Below are positions 47,398-61,758 of a stretch of DNA of 64,000 bases, piece by piece. Position 1 is the stretch's first letter. Every line of letters starts with the position of its first letter. This DNA is from Camelus ferus (Eukaryota). Under the pieces are notes generated by a model, which was not told the DNA's origin, did no database searches, and worked only from the letters and a program-made list of their open reading frames with translations. The position numbers and the translations under genes are program-made. The stretch lies in contig NC_045697.1 in NCBI RefSeq assembly GCF_009834535.1, forward strand, positions 116,500,001 to 116,564,000, read 5' to 3'.

Positions 47398-50300
47398 CTA
47401 AGAAATAAAAATCGGTTAAACCGCAATGTTTGACAGCTGAAAAAATATTCACACTCCGTCAGCTGCGAACTGAACTATGACTCAGGTGCAGAAGGGACAG
47501 TGCAAATATATCATATTAGGGTAAAGCAGAGCACTGTTGTACGTGGAATCGAATTTAAATTTTATCACGTATCTTGTGTCTTTGTTACAGTTTTCTTTTG
47601 GACCTCAAAGGTACTAGACTGAATGGTTAAATCTGTAAGAATTAAAAAAAAAAACAAATAAAGCATGCTCACCACCCCCACCCGAATTATCTACAAGTGA
47701 CAATACAGGTAGGAGTGAAGGGGGTAGCGAGGCGGGGGAAGGGATCAACTGTATGGTGACCGACGGGAACCAGACTTGAGGTGTCATCACTCTGCAGCGT
47801 CTACAGACGTTGAATTACAACGCTGGACACCTGAAAGCTACATAATTTAAAAACTTTTTTGTAAAGTGAAAGGCCATCTCTCTGCTGTTCCTGATTTTCC
47901 AGTCCCATGACCTGAAGCAAAAAATACTATGAGTAGCTTTCTTGTGAATCATGCCAGAAAATTTCCATGAATAAAAAAGTGTATACAGAGTCTACTCATC
48001 TTTCTAACACAGTCAGGATCTAAATATACTCAACGACTCGCATGCACTTTAATCTTACTTGCTATCTCCTGCTGGAGGTGCACGATAGAACTGAAATGTT
48101 TCTCCCAAAGGGAGAATAAAGCTCCGACTCAGCTCCTTCTCTACTGCTGTCTGTATTTTGCACTTACATCTGGCACATGGTAGTTACCCAATAGTTACTG
48201 AATAAAGAAATACAGAATAAGAAAATCTCTTATAAAATATGTTATTTACCGATACCTCTCTGTTCATAGATTTGCATGTACACATGCACACAGACACATT
48301 CACACAAAAAAAGGCTGACGTGGACGAAATGTTTCATAACTGTTTTCATGTTATAAAGTGACTTGCCGAAGGCAATATACACCAAATAAAGCTTGATTTT
48401 TCTAATGCTTGAATAGATTTCTCTAACTTTTCAACCAATTCTCAACAGCTGTACATTTAGGTTGTTCCAGTGTGTTTCACTGTTACAAGCACCGCTCAGA
48501 TTAATATCCTTGGTGCTAAATATTTTTGGTCTAAATGGTACGAACTATTTCATGACTAATTTCACACCTTTCGCTACTAGCGTTTGCTGGTGTCTGTTTT
48601 TCTTGTGCGGTGCTCCCCCACCGTCATGCACGTGCACAGTCTAGAGGTGACACCTTTTTACTGTCCCCTGTCTCTCACTACATTACACTGTACTCGTCTG
48701 TAAAGCGTGTTGTCAGCCTGGCATGTGACGTACACATGTACGCACTGAGACACTTCCACAGACACTTAAACTTTTTTGGTTCCTGGTTTATTTTACAAAA
48801 AGAGGATCATATAACACACATTTTTCTAACTAGTAACGCTTCAGGGAGTCTCGTCAAAGGACCGGGCAGCTCCAACCTCCCTCTTTAGTGGCTGGGCAGT
48901 AGTCCGGGGGGCACCGGAGGTCATTCAGCCATTCTGTTAGTGGACAACAGCCAGCCACTCTGTGTCCAGTTCATCTGCGACAGTAAACAGTGTCACACAG
49001 AGGACACCCCTGTACAGGACCCTTATGATACTGGTGCTCTTGTTCCTGGAGGAGGTTCCCAGGGGGGCACCGGAAGGTCAGAGGGCACACCTCTTTTCAT
49101 CTTGCTGGGTATCACCAGACGGTCTGCCCCGAAGCCTGAAGCAGCTGACATCCCCACCTGCAGTGTGAGAAGACCCCTCCCTGGGCCCAGCTGCTGACAG
49201 AGCTAACGGTGCCTCTTACAGTTTCGCCAAGTGCGGTGCCAAATCACTGCTGTTTTAATCTGCACTTTCCTGACCACTGTTTCCAGCATCTTTTCCTTTT
49301 TGATTGAAGAACTACTAAATGAGCACCTCAGTGTGCCAGGTTCTACGCCAGGCACAGGGAGAGAGAGAGAAAGAAAGGAAGACACGTCCCTTTCCTGCAG
49401 GCGAGTCACAGAGCAGAGCTCAGTAAGGACCTGAGGGTATAATCACACTTGTGACAGTGCCCTGGGAGGAGCACATGGTGTCAGGATGGGGCGGGGAGGG
49501 AGGTCTCCGGGCAAGTGGGAGGGGCTCCGGGAGGTGTGACACTGCGGACGACACTCCTCACAGGGAGGGCTCGCCAGCACCTGCTCTTCCGTGAACTGTC
49601 ACTCTGTAAGATTCTGCCCATCTTTTAACGTGCTGTCTTTTTCTTGTCAGTGTACACGGGCTCTCTGACATCACAGGCAGTCAAGTATGTTTTGCCCAAT
49701 CTCTGCTTATTCGCAGACTCTATAGTATTTCCGGCACACAGAAGTGTCTAAGTTTTAAATACTTAAAAGAGGTCTATCTCTTACAGGTTTTCAATTTCTT
49801 GCCTACACAGGATGGCTCACTCCACCCCTAGGCTGTGACTGTAACCTAGATTTCTTTCTGATTTTTTTTTTACTGTTTTACAAAATCATGACTGTTAAGA
49901 AAAAATGAGGGTCCGACTCTCTTTGCTCCCAGAAGGACAGGGAGTTTTCCCAGCACCACTTATGAAACAATTCTAGCTTAACGAACTGAACATCCCTGAG
50001 CACACTCCCGCTTCCTCTTAGAGGCAGCCTCCCCTCCGTGTGCCGGACCCCCATCCCAGCCCCTCCACTCAGGGCCGTCTGACCCCGGGCAAGTTACTTA
50101 CAGACCTGGGAAACGGAAGCACGTCCAAATCCCACTTCTTACAGCCACGCGCCTAACAGACCTGAGGCTGGGGCTGTGGAATAAGCAGCAGGACACGTGG
50201 TCCGGACTCAGTGAGGAGGCATTCAAAGCCGTGGGCCTGCAGAGAACGTAGGTGTGGACCCGACATGCAGCCTGGAGCCTGGATTGTTCGGAGGACGGGA

Positions 50301-50752
50301 GGGAGGGGAGGAGGAGCAAGCAAGGCAGCAAGAGGCCCCGAAAACACAAGGAAACCAACAGGAGGTGGCGTGGAAGCCAGACGGTTTTTCCAGGAGGGAG
50401 ACGTTAGCCCGCTGAGCCGGTCCTGCCTCCGGGGCCGTGAGAGGACAGAGGACTGACCCTGGGTGACAGGCGGGGGTCTGTGGTGGACGAGTGTCAGGGA
50501 GAGGACGTGGAGGAGCCTGAGTGTGCTGGGCTGGCAGAGGTGGACCAGCGGGGTAAGCAGAATCACCCCTGGCTCCCCCCGACCTGTTGTACCAAAGTAC
50601 TTTTCTAAAACCTCTGATTTGGGAGTTTCGGTTACTAAGAGTCCACTGCACTCTTCTAGGCTTTTCTGTCCGTATAAATACAACATAGATGACACAACTA
50701 TTTCTACAACTACAGAGCACAGAACACAAAACACACCCTGGACAAATACCAG

Positions 50753-50776
50753 GACACACACACACACACACACACA
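50753..50776. repeat. (CA)n microsatellite
   Basis: Direct reading. Confidence 0.9.
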
Positions 50777-52369
50777 GGAAATATCAGAATGGTAGACTTT
50801 GTGTGCTCCGGTTTTGCTGTAATAGTAAATATGCAAATTTTTAAAGAATAAAATGTGATTTAAAATTAAATGATCATGATACAGAAAAGAGTAACCACAA
50901 CACAGGAGAGAATTCAGAGAAAACGACATCCTTTAATTGTTACTGAGCCCCCCACGCCTGAGTTCCCTCACCAAGTTCATGGCTAATCTCTCTATTCAAG
51001 ACTTTACTCCTTCCTCGTTCCCTCTGACCTCGACCCTCTGCTACTGAACACCAACCACCCAGAGGCATGACCAGGCTGCTGCTGTGGACAGTCGGTCATG
51101 ACCAGAGCTGCTGCGGGACACCCCGTGCATCGGACGTACACACTCAGGGCAGGAGGAGCTCAAAGAGCGCCCACCCCAGTCGTGGACCACCTGCCTGAGA
51201 ATTGTAAACCATGGACATCCTGACTCCCGAAACTGGATTATGAAACGTCACAGAACCGGCACCAGACAGTGATTAATCCTAGCCTCTTTGTTCTTCCCGT
51301 TCAAAGAATCCCCAAGTCAGAGACCAGGCGGCAGGGGACCTGCCCTCACCTGACCCTGGCTCGGCGCCCTGCGATAAACTCTGACTTGGCTGCAAACTCG
51401 CACTGCCGGTCCAGCCCTGCGCTGTGGGCACTTGAGCCTGGGCTCAGACGCGCTATGAGCGGCAGTGTGAGGTAACGGTTGTTTGAAAACCCAGGGATGC
51501 ATGAGACACCCTGGGGCTTGTTCAATCACCTTCCTGGGCCCTGCTGACAGGCCCACCGAGCCTCCAGACCTCGCGCGACTCTGGTGCAGCGGTCAGACCA
51601 CCGGGAGGGATGGCGGAGCGGGGAGACTAAGAGCAGGAGGCTGTGCTTCGGGGGGCGCCGGCCTGGGAGCCCAACTCTACTGAAGAACGGTTGTGACCCA
51701 CAATGGCAAAGAACAGGTGCCCGAGTCACTCTGCTGTATGCCTGGAACTAACACAGCTCTGGGAACCCACTCTCCTTCCACATGATTAAAGGCAAACCAA
51801 AAAGAACAGCAGAGAGGACAGGCTGAGCTCCCGAGGCTGCCGGAGGCCCTGGCAAGGCCTGGCATGGCCTGGCACCACACTGGCTCCGGGCCGGCCCTCA
51901 CGGAGCCTCTCAGCTGGTTGGGAACTTCAGACAAGGAACAAACCAGCATGAAGAGATGAGTTAATTTATGCAAGTGTGAACGTGTGTTTTGCTCTTGTCA
52001 CTGTAGGAACACAAGGCATTTTTCCTTGTCCTTTCCAAGAAATCTTACAGGGTGTGAGATCCGAGTCTCAAGGGCTCTTCTTTTATGAACCCCAAATTAA
52101 CTATTTGTGGAAACTTCTGAATGAGAGGAAGGCAATCAGGTTTCCATTTACCTAAAGATGTCAAACTCCTGGCAAAGACTGCATCTGCATTACTGACGGC
52201 AACACTGCCAATGACTCCTGCCCTCAGGCACGGGGACTGGAGGCGGTGGAGCGGCTGGTCCCTGACCTACGTGGTATGTTTGTTGTTTTTTGTTTTTTTC
52301 CTAGGCCACTTGTTTTTTCTCTTCCCTCACTTTATATTCTCACTCTTACATAGGTTTTTAAAAATATCT

Positions 52370-52722
52370 TTATGGAAGCATATTCAGTTTACAATGTTGT
52401 GTCAATTTCTGAGTTATGTATTTATACATATATATATTCCTTTTCATATTCTTTTTCTTTTTAAAAAATTTTTTGTTTTATTATTATTTTTGGGGGGGTG
52501 GGGAGGCAATTAGGTTTGTTTGTTTACTTATTTATTTAATGGAGGTACTGGGGATTGAACCCAGGACCTTGTCCACGCTAAGCACACACCCTCCCCCCAT
52601 ATTCTTTCATTATAGGCTATTATGAGATACTGAATGTAGTTCCCGGCGCTCTACAGTAGGACCTCACTGTTTACCTCTTTTATGTACAGTAGTGTGTGTC
52701 TGCAAATCCCGGACTCCCAATT
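52370..52722 (-). mobile_element. L1 3' end fragment with a nested Vic-1-like SINE (~52465-52598)
   Basis: L1 terminus CAGTTTACAATGTTGTGTCAATTTCT interrupted by GGAGGTACTGGGGATTGAACCCAGGACC; flanking CATATTCTTT duplicated. Confidence 0.85.
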
Positions 52723-53043
52723 TCTCATTGAACGACCACATCTTACTGATACCCTCATTAACTAATGAGTGAAATAAAATCTGTGACGTGTTTGTTTTAT
52801 ATTCGTAGGAGTCAAGTTTTTATCTTAAAAAAAATTATTCTTACACGTTATATTTACTTGCCTAAATTACATTCAGTGCAAAAATGCTTCTGTATTTTTA
52901 CCAATGAGAGAGAGAGTCCACATTAACACCGCTACTCACTCATGTGCAGTCTGCAGCCAGGCCGAGCTATACCGCCTGCGAGTTGGCCCTCCCAACCCCC
53001 ACCTACCCCACCGGCCTGCTCAGTGCAGACCCTCAGCGGTTAC

Positions 53044-53121
53044 CTTTGGTGCCCCGTCCTTCTGTATCCCTACATCGTTGGTGGCGACCCCCTTCACACT
53101 TCCGTCTTCATGATAAAGGAC
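53044..53121 (-). CDS. ETFDH: ETFDH exon 6
   Basis: [26 protein letters not shown]; 78 nt. Confidence 0.97.
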
Positions 53122-55283
53122 CTAGAATGCAAACACATTTCCTTATCACCTCAGGATTCGTAACTGCCTTGGAAAGAAACAACGAACAGCCCTAGACTTT
53201 CTAGGAGGTGAACCTGTCCTCTTGATGACAGGCTTAAGGATGTTCCAGGGAAAAAAAGGCAAGTTTCTAAGACACAGCCTTCTAGATGGAGCAGAACGCG
53301 GCCCAGACAGGCAGAGATGGAAGAAATGCTCCATCTGATGGGGAGGGACGGGGCTGGCGGAGGGGACACTGACAAAGCAGGCGAGATGCAGCAGGGAGAC
53401 TTCTGCTGGGTTCGGGGGTCAGAGACACATGCGTGAACCTGGAGTCAGGGCCAGGACAGGCAAGGGCTGCCAGTGGGGTGGGACAAGGACACTGTCAGGG
53501 AAGCTCTGTCCCCAGGGAGCTGCGACCCGGACACAGACATCACAGAGGGGTTGAAGACAGCCTGAAGGTGACTCAAGCTTGTTTCCAGACCACGGAGGAA
53601 GGAGGGAAACTGTCCAAAAGTGTGATTCCGAAGATGAAAAATAACAATTCTCCGTAGCCCTTACTTGCTCTGTTTCCTCTGGAGGAAAACGCTCTTTGGA
53701 TAGAAGAGAACAAAGTGTAGTTATTATCACACCGCAGGAAGCCCGGGAGTGGAAAGGCGGAGCAGGACTCGCAGCAGGGCTATGACAAACAGTTATCAAC
53801 TTTTTATTGGGCACCCGGGAAACACAGCAACAGCAGGATGTGGCTGTGGCCTGGACTGGAGGTCGGCCTCCGAGTAACAAACACCGAGGAGGAGGAGAGG
53901 TGCAGAAGAGGTGCAGGAGAGCTGCGGGGCCCTCTGAGAATGTGTGTGCGTGCGCGTGCAAGGGCGCGCTCATGCGCATGCGTGCGCACACGTTCAAAAA
54001 CCGAAAGTCACGGACTCTGCAAACCACCTGCTGTGACTGAGACAGTGACTCCCGGTCAAGAACAGCTTATGAGGAGAAAGGCACAGCCACGTGCACACCT
54101 GTGCCCCGGGGAACAGCAGCCAGCAGCAGCAGGCGCACCGCGGGGACCCGGGTGTTTTGTTTGACTTGCACACTGTCAGGGCGAGAACGTTTTTTGAGTT
54201 TTCGCTGGTGACAAGAACAAAAGAACTCCTGCTCCCATGCAGAACCTTCTAGCGTTTCCTTCAGACAACTTAACTATAAGTCCTTTCCTGTCTCTCTTAG
54301 ATCTATGGGAAGCGTGTCAGTTAGGAGCGAAATGAGCCCCGCGGCAGGCCTGTATCTCAGCTGTGCGTTTCGCGGGGCCTCAGAGATGGCTCTGCCGTGT
54401 GAACACCGAGCATGGTGTCCGTCTCCGTCTGCGGGGGAGTCCGGGCTTCCTGCTGTTCCAAGCTGTCCCTCCCTGCGGGTCAAGGAGACACAGCAGGCTT
54501 TACTTCCCTGGATAAAGATCGTGAGCACGCATGTAACACATCGCAGCTGCCCGGCTACGTGAGGGGGTGGACGGCCCGTAACTGCGCTGAGGTCTCGGCT
54601 TAGTGCTCATTCAGTAGTAACAGTTTCAGTCTTCTTTATAATTTGGAGAGGTGCTTTTTCTGCGTTGGCAGGAGACTTTGTTTTTAATAATTTCCCAATA
54701 ATACTTAGTGAGAATCTACAGTAGGATGTGGCTGCCAAAAGAGTTCTTTTGAGGGAATTATTGGAAGAACAGCTTCTAGAATGAAGGCGGCAACAGTCCT
54801 GCTGCACACGAGGCTGGAATTCCTCCCCGTGCTGCTTTAAGGAGGGGACAACAGGGGATGCGCTCGGAGGACAGCGACAAAACAGACGCATCTTGAAGTA
54901 CGTTACATGACGGCTCTAAGAATGAACAATATGTCATCGGGGAAAGAAACACACCAATGAAGGTGGGGAAGAAGAGCAGGGCGTCATCGTAACTGGAAAG
55001 CTGCCCTTGGAAGGGGACACAGGGTCGCTCTCTGTAGTACAGAACAGTGCATAAATGTCTCTTCACTGCAAGGAAGAGGGTTTTACCAACAACCCAGACG
55101 TCAGAGGCCTTCTTCACCCTTGGTGTGTTCAGTCCCACGCCGGACGACCACTTGGTGTAGGCACGAGGGATTCAAGCATTCTTTGGATTAGCTCTTGTTA
55201 GGATTCCCTCTAATCCTGCAATTCTAAAATCCTATGGCCTTTCTAAAATATTTATTTATTTACTCTGCACCATTCTTGGGTTA

Positions 55284-55478
<195 letters not shown>

Positions 55479-55889
55479 TTACACGTCGGACTTTTCATTG
55501 GTAAACATCTCCAGAACATATATACTCAATTTAGAAATTCTAATCACATGTAATTTCTGCATAAATACACACATTATCTTAAGGCCAGTATTCAATTTAT
55601 TTTCCAACAATTCTGGTTTAGAACTCAAATGACTAAATTGAAAACAACATTACAGAACTAACTTAAACATTTCTGGTGGCTTACAAGACTACCTCAATTC
55701 TTCTAGACTAGAAGACAGAAGAACCGAGCTCTAGTCCTGCCTTCCTACCCAGAGTTTCACAGCTGGCTTGTGGGGAAGTCCTTCAAGACCCTGGGCTTTA
55801 CTTTTCTCAACTATAAGAGGAAGAGCTTTCCCCAGAGGACATGTAGTTCCCTCCAGCTGTGGGACTGTACATTCGACGACTGTCTATCA

Positions 55890-56093
<204 letters not shown>

Positions 56094-56899
56094 TCATCAC
56101 TTCCTTTGGAAAACTCGACACTGTCAATCCTTGTCTCCCTGAGATGGGTGGGAATCTTTCTAAAACCTGAGTAAGCCAGTCTGCATCTCAGGACTGTCTT
56201 TCTCGGGGGCCTGGAGGGCTGTCTTTGGAATGTGAAGGCAAGGAGGGTAGCTTCCTGTCTCCCTGTCTCTGTGGGACATGAGCCTAGGCACCTGCTTCCA
56301 GCTGTCACTTCCTGCTCGATGGAAACAGAAGAGAAGTTTTATTTTTCCTTCAGGTAAAGACAATTAACATGTGTGGAGTGGACTGGACCTGCCCAGCTAC
56401 ATAAGGCCTCGGTCTGAAAAACGTTTTCTCCTAGATCTGATATTATGTCAGTAAGTCAAAGATACCCACTTCTGACGTACGATTGAAGAGAGAACATTCA
56501 TCAGGCACAACCATGGTATTTCTAGGTGAAAGGAGTATGCTGCTTTAGAGAGGAGTGCGGTCATGTGTGCTAAGCACCACGGCCGCAGCCCAGCTTGGTC
56601 CCGCCTCAGCCTCTCCGAGGTACGTCACCGTCACCGTGGTCTCGCTCCCCGTACTAACGAGGTCGCCTCCCGTAGACCCTGCCTGGACGGTGACAGTGCC
56701 TGGACTAATCCTCCTGCTTGTGATCGTGTGCCCCACCCCTCGGCCTTCAGAAACCTCTCCTTTCCAGCAGCTCTTTGGAGCCCCTTTCTATTCCCTAGAC
56801 GACTCACAAGTCACCAAATAAGGCTAATTTGACCTTTAGATTCACTTGGCTAACTTTTGTTTTTTCAGTCTTTACGAAGTGTATTCACAGATACTCAAC

Positions 56900-57040
56900 A
56901 CTCTATAACCTGAGAGGTGGGAGAGGTGTAGTTACACATCTGATAGAGGAAAAAACTGAGATACACAGAGTATAAGAGTTTAACCAAGGACATACAAATA
57001 AAACAGTGCCATCATACCAGACTTTGCTTCTCTATGTATC
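56900..57040 (-). mobile_element. MIR SINE
   Basis: ATAGAGGAAAAAACTGAGATACACAGAG..TAACCAAGGACATACA. Confidence 0.6.
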
Positions 57041-57490
57041 ATGCCAGAGATTTTTCTGCTTAGATTATTTAATTTATTATTACTATTATTTCCTTAGAAA
57101 ATTAGATTCAGTTATTCCCTGTGGCTTTAGATACTGCAACATCTCAAGGAAGCTACCTAACATTATTAAGAACAGTGATATAAACAACTACGGAACAAGT
57201 TAGGAAAGACCCTCTAAACCAAAACTGTATTCCTAGGTCTTCTCAAGGTGAGGCCTCCTCATAAAGCCGGTACACAAACACAGCACGTGCAAGGCATTAG
57301 GTAAAAGTGAGTTGACATCTTAAAGTTGTATTCTATATGATTCAGATTTTTGGTCCTTTTTAACTTAACTTGCATCTCCAATTATCCTCTAAGAGACAGA
57401 ATTCTGTGAAGAGGGTGTCCCATATCCCATTAATTTGGAAACAGAGCTACTACAGAGGTCAGACTCAGCACAGAGAATAATTTTTCATAC

Positions 57491-57720
57491 TCCCTTCTCC
57501 TTCCAGTCTGGGAAGAGCTCCTGGAGAGCACGGGGGTCAAGGCAGGCCCCCGAGAGGGTGTGAGCCCCGATCTGGGCCGCCTTCTCCACCAGACACACGC
57601 GGAGGTCCTTGCCGTGCTGGGCGGCCAACTGCTTCAGCCGGGCAGCGGCCGAGAGCCCGGCGGGGCCGGCGCCCACAACCACCACGTCCGCCTCCTCTGC
57701 AAACCTCTCCATGTTCACTC
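57491..57720 (-). CDS. ETFDH: ETFDH exon 3 (FAD-binding GAGPAG motif)
   Basis: (G)[76 protein letters not shown]; 230 nt. Confidence 0.97.
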
Positions 57721-58101
57721 CTGCGAGGGGAGGAGGGGAAAACACAAACAAACACTGGGTGACTATGATCCGACAGAAGCCCAGGCTCACAGGTCCCCAC
57801 CCTCCTTCAGAGCGTCGTTTACACACGTCGCCCTCCGCTCTGCGTGAGGATTACACTACATTCTTCATTGTCTTAGTGGAACGTTCTCTTCCATTCTGTT
57901 CCAGGGCACGTCTGATTTTGGCTTTGAGGTTTATTACTATCACTTCTCAAATATCTGCTTATCTAAATATTAATATGTACCAGATTTGGTAAAGTTATAC
58001 AATATCAGATGATTTTACACCATCATGAAAGATACAGTATTTACTCCGACGGAAGGATCCAAAAGAAGAGTCTCAGCGATTTTACACAAACGGTCACTCA
58101 C

Positions 58102-58242
58102 CTTCCCATCGCTTGTCCTTGTCCCGGGGGTAAATGGTGTAGTGGGTCGTAATTCGAGGAACTACAGAAGTGGAGGACCATCTTGCGGCACACAGAGGTA
58201 GGTAATTTTTCTTAATTTTTAAGGCATGATAGCATGGATGTG
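58102..58242 (-). CDS. ETFDH: ETFDH exon 2 (end of mitochondrial transit peptide); exon 1 not found in the window
   Basis: [50 protein letters not shown]| and |GTGAGT; 141 nt. Confidence 0.95.
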
Positions 58243-59594
58243 CTGCACAAAAATTAGGAACATTATTTTTTTTTAATTAGTTTTACTCAGGAGTTGACTG
58301 GAAAATAAATTTTTTTAAGCAAAAAACCCCAACAACCCCCCAGCAAAAACCCCCCAAAACAAACTTAGGATTGGGGATCCTCTCTGGCTTCTGTTTAGTT
58401 TTCCTTTAATTAGCCCTAAAACCTTAAACAGATCACTTAACTTCTCTAGATTTCAGTTTCCTCATCCAAAAGAGTAAAGGGTTTCTAGGTTGGTCTGATA
58501 TCAGTAGGGTCAGGGAAGAGTGAGCTCTCGCTGTGGAGCTGTCAGGTGACATGACAGGTGTGCTCTGTCCTGGATGAACAATTCAGAGCCTTTCCTCACA
58601 AAGCAGGGCTTTCAATTAGTCATATTTACAGAGCATCTAACAAACGATCCAGTTTCCTTCACGTCAAACTTAACCCAGAAACAGGATGACTGTGTAAGCT
58701 GTCATCTGAACTGGCCGCTTCTGAGAGTAACGAGGGGCAGTGTTAAAGACAACGCTGGGACAATGTGGACAAATCACATTCTATGCTCAGCTTCCTGTTA
58801 AATTAAGTTGACCCTCCCATATGCCAGTAACTTCTGAGCACCTCAAAAATGGGTATATTCTTTGAGTTAGCAAACGGAATTTTATGGAAATAAACAGAAG
58901 TGTGCAAAGATTTATCTGCAAGAATGTTCATGAAACCTCTGTTGTCCTTAAACCTTCACCTCCGTCTCCCTCCCTCCCTTACCTGAAGCCCCACACATCA
59001 AACCTCATGGAAAGGAAGGGCGCCCAGGTGGGAACTCTCTGCGCTCCGGCCTCCAGCGCTGGTGTAATCTGTACTTGTGCCCACCCTCCCTTCATGCTCT
59101 CAGGTCACAACAGCTTCACTGGGACTAACCCTTCTGCCTGCGGATTTGCGGCTTACCCTTCCCGTCTTCCCAGAGGCATTCCTACGTCAACCCCCCCCCC
59201 CCCCAACTTACGCCCGGTTTCTTCCAGTTCTCACTCCTTCTCTGGTAATCCTCCCCATGTAAAAGGCAGGACAGAGAATCCTCCCTTGGGAATAGCCCCG
59301 GAAGACATAAACACTTACATCTGGAGCTATAATCACTTAGAAGTCCGCTGTGGGAGAAGAGGCAGAGTAGGTCCCAGTGTGAGCCTATATATAGGCATAA
59401 ATATTTGCTGACTGACTATCGGTCCTTTTTATATTCTCCTTTATTAGGGTACTCATTTATGACTCATGATATTATTAAGCAGGTTAGTGCTTTTTCAGTG
59501 TAATTTTCTGTTAAAAGGCACACTAGAGTCGTAAATCAGAGGCACTAAAATGCCAACGTGAGGGAATGAAAAGCTAAGCCAGAGGCTGCAAAAC

Positions 59595-60790
59595 ACTCAG
59601 TTGATAAAGAGCTGGAATCCAAAATATACAAAGCACTCATAAACACCCAACAAGAAAACAACTCAATTGAGAAATGGGCAAAAGATCTGAATAGATACCT
59701 CAGCAAAGAAGATATTTAGATGGAAAACAAGCCTAGGAAAAGATGCTGGACATCTTGTGTCATTAGGGAACTGCAAATTAAAACAGTGAGATAGGACTAC
59801 ATGCCTATCGGAACGGCCAAAGTCCAGAACACAGACATCACCAAATGCTAAGAGGACACAGTGGAGCAGCAGGAGCTCTCGTTCACTCCTGGGGAAACGC
59901 AGTATGGCGCAGCCACTTTGGAAGGCAGGCCAGGCCGGCAGTTTCTACAAAGCTAAACACACTCTTAACATAGCATCCAGCAGTTGCCAGTGCATTCCTT
60001 GGTATTTACCAAAATGAGCTGAAAGTAACATCTGCACAAAAACGTGCAGTCACGCGAGGTGAGTCATTTCTAGAGGGCCACTGTACAACACAGACCTGCA
60101 GGCAACAGTAGTGTACTGTGCAGTCGGAACTTCGTCCAGAGTGCGTATCTCATGTTATCACAACAAAATGAAATATGCAGAATTAAAAAAAAATCTTCAC
60201 ATGAATGTGTAAAGCAGATCAAAGCTTGGAAGATGTCCTTCAGTGGGTGAATGGATAGTCTGGTGCATCCACTCAATGGAATATTACTCAGCACTAAAAA
60301 GAAATGCACTATTAGCCATGAAAAGATGTGGGGGAAATGCAGACACATATTGAAAGAAGCCAACCTGAAAATGCTACATGCTGTATGATTCCGACTATAC
60401 AAAACTCTGGAAAAAGCAAAACTATAGACACAGTAAAAAGACCAGTGGGTGCCAGGGGTTCAGGAAGAGGGAGAAGGAGTGTGTATGGAACATGGGGTTG
60501 TTTGTGGGGCAGGGAGACTGTTCTGATAATGTAATTGATGGTGGATACATGTCATTACACATGTGTTAAAACCACGGGATGTACAACACATAGCGTGAAC
60601 CTTAGTATAAACTATTGACTTTGATAATAATGTTATCAGTATTGGCTTCCTAGTTGTGCCAAATGTACCACACCAATGCAAGATGTCAGTGGGGAGTGGG
60701 GGAAAGTTACACGGAAACTCTGTGTACTTTCTGCTCAATTTTTCTTTCAACCTACAGCTGCTAAAAAAAAAGTTTATTAAATGAAAACAA
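59595..60790 (+). mobile_element. Old L1 (L1MC-like) 3' region with a nested younger L1 3' end at ~60050-60195
   Basis: AAATGGGCAAAAGATCTGAATAGA, GGGAACTGCAAATTAAAAC, AATGGAATATTACTCAGCACTAAAAAGAAATG, GGAAACTCTGTGTACTTTCTGCTCAATTTTTC. Confidence 0.85.
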
Positions 60791-61282
60791 AACAAACACA
60801 AAAGACAACACAGAAAAAGGCAGCAGTTAAGTGTACACAACTTGGAGGCTGTCTACTTTGTGTTCGAATTCAGCAAGTTATTAACTATCCCCACCCCATC
60901 AGTTCCAAAGTTTACAGTCAATCTTTGCCTTGGAAATACTGTGGTGTAGGATTTGGTGCATGTCTTACCCAGAGCAAGTAGCTAATACACATTTATTAAC
61001 TGGGTAGGTACCTTCCTACTTACAATTTTAACTGTCATCCAGGAATTTGAAAATCCCTGGTTTAGTTTCCTAAAACTAACTCCTGGGTTACAGAGCAATA
61101 ATAATAATAACGAAGCCTTTCCCAGCTTTTGTCTGTTGTAATGAAGCATCTATCTGCAAATGAACAAGTTTCTAAGCATGGAATAAAAAATAAATAGTAA
61201 AGATCAACAAAGAGTTTTTTATGGGTCTGGAATATATAATGACATTTACATCTTCATGGACATACTGCTCAGTTAGGAATTT

Positions 61283-61758
61283 TCAGCACCACATCTTTTT
61301 TTTTTTTTTTCAGTTTTTAACACTTCTCTTTCATTTATTTGCAAAACAGGTATGCCAAAACATATTAAAGACGTAGATGACTTGAAGAACATTATCCACT
61401 ACCTTGACCTAACTGACTTTTGTAGAATACTTTATTCAACAATGGGAGACTATACATTCTTTTCTGGTACACATGTAATATTTATCAAGATAGACAATAT
61501 TCTGGGCCATGAAACAAGTCTCAATAAACTTAAACTGATTGAAATCTTACAAAATGGGTTCTGTAACCACATCAGAATTAAACAGAATTGTATCTGGAAA
61601 ATACTCAAATTTTGCAAATTAAGCAATAAAGTTCTAAAAATAACTGGGTTCAAAAAGAAATCACAAGGGTAATTAGGAAATACTTTGAATTGAATTAAAC
61701 TGAAAAACAACATATTAAAATTTGTGCCATACAGCTAATGAAGTCAGCACCACATCTT
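61283..61758 (-). mobile_element. TSD-bounded retroposed insert whose body is an antisense L1 ORF2 endonuclease-region fragment
   Basis: 15-bp TSD TCAGCACCACATCTT, T15 tract and TTTATT 23 nt inside; + strand peptide LDLTDFCRILY..YTFFSGTHVIFIKIDNILGH is L1 EN-like. Confidence 0.8.

Noticed and set aside
50153..50929. 258-aa minus-strand ORF in ETFDH intron 6
   Set aside because: It crosses a (CA)n repeat, has no recognisable domain and is compositionally patchy.
50935..51480. Possible solo LTR
   Set aside because: The termini are only suggestive and I found no clear TSD; it needs RepeatMasker.
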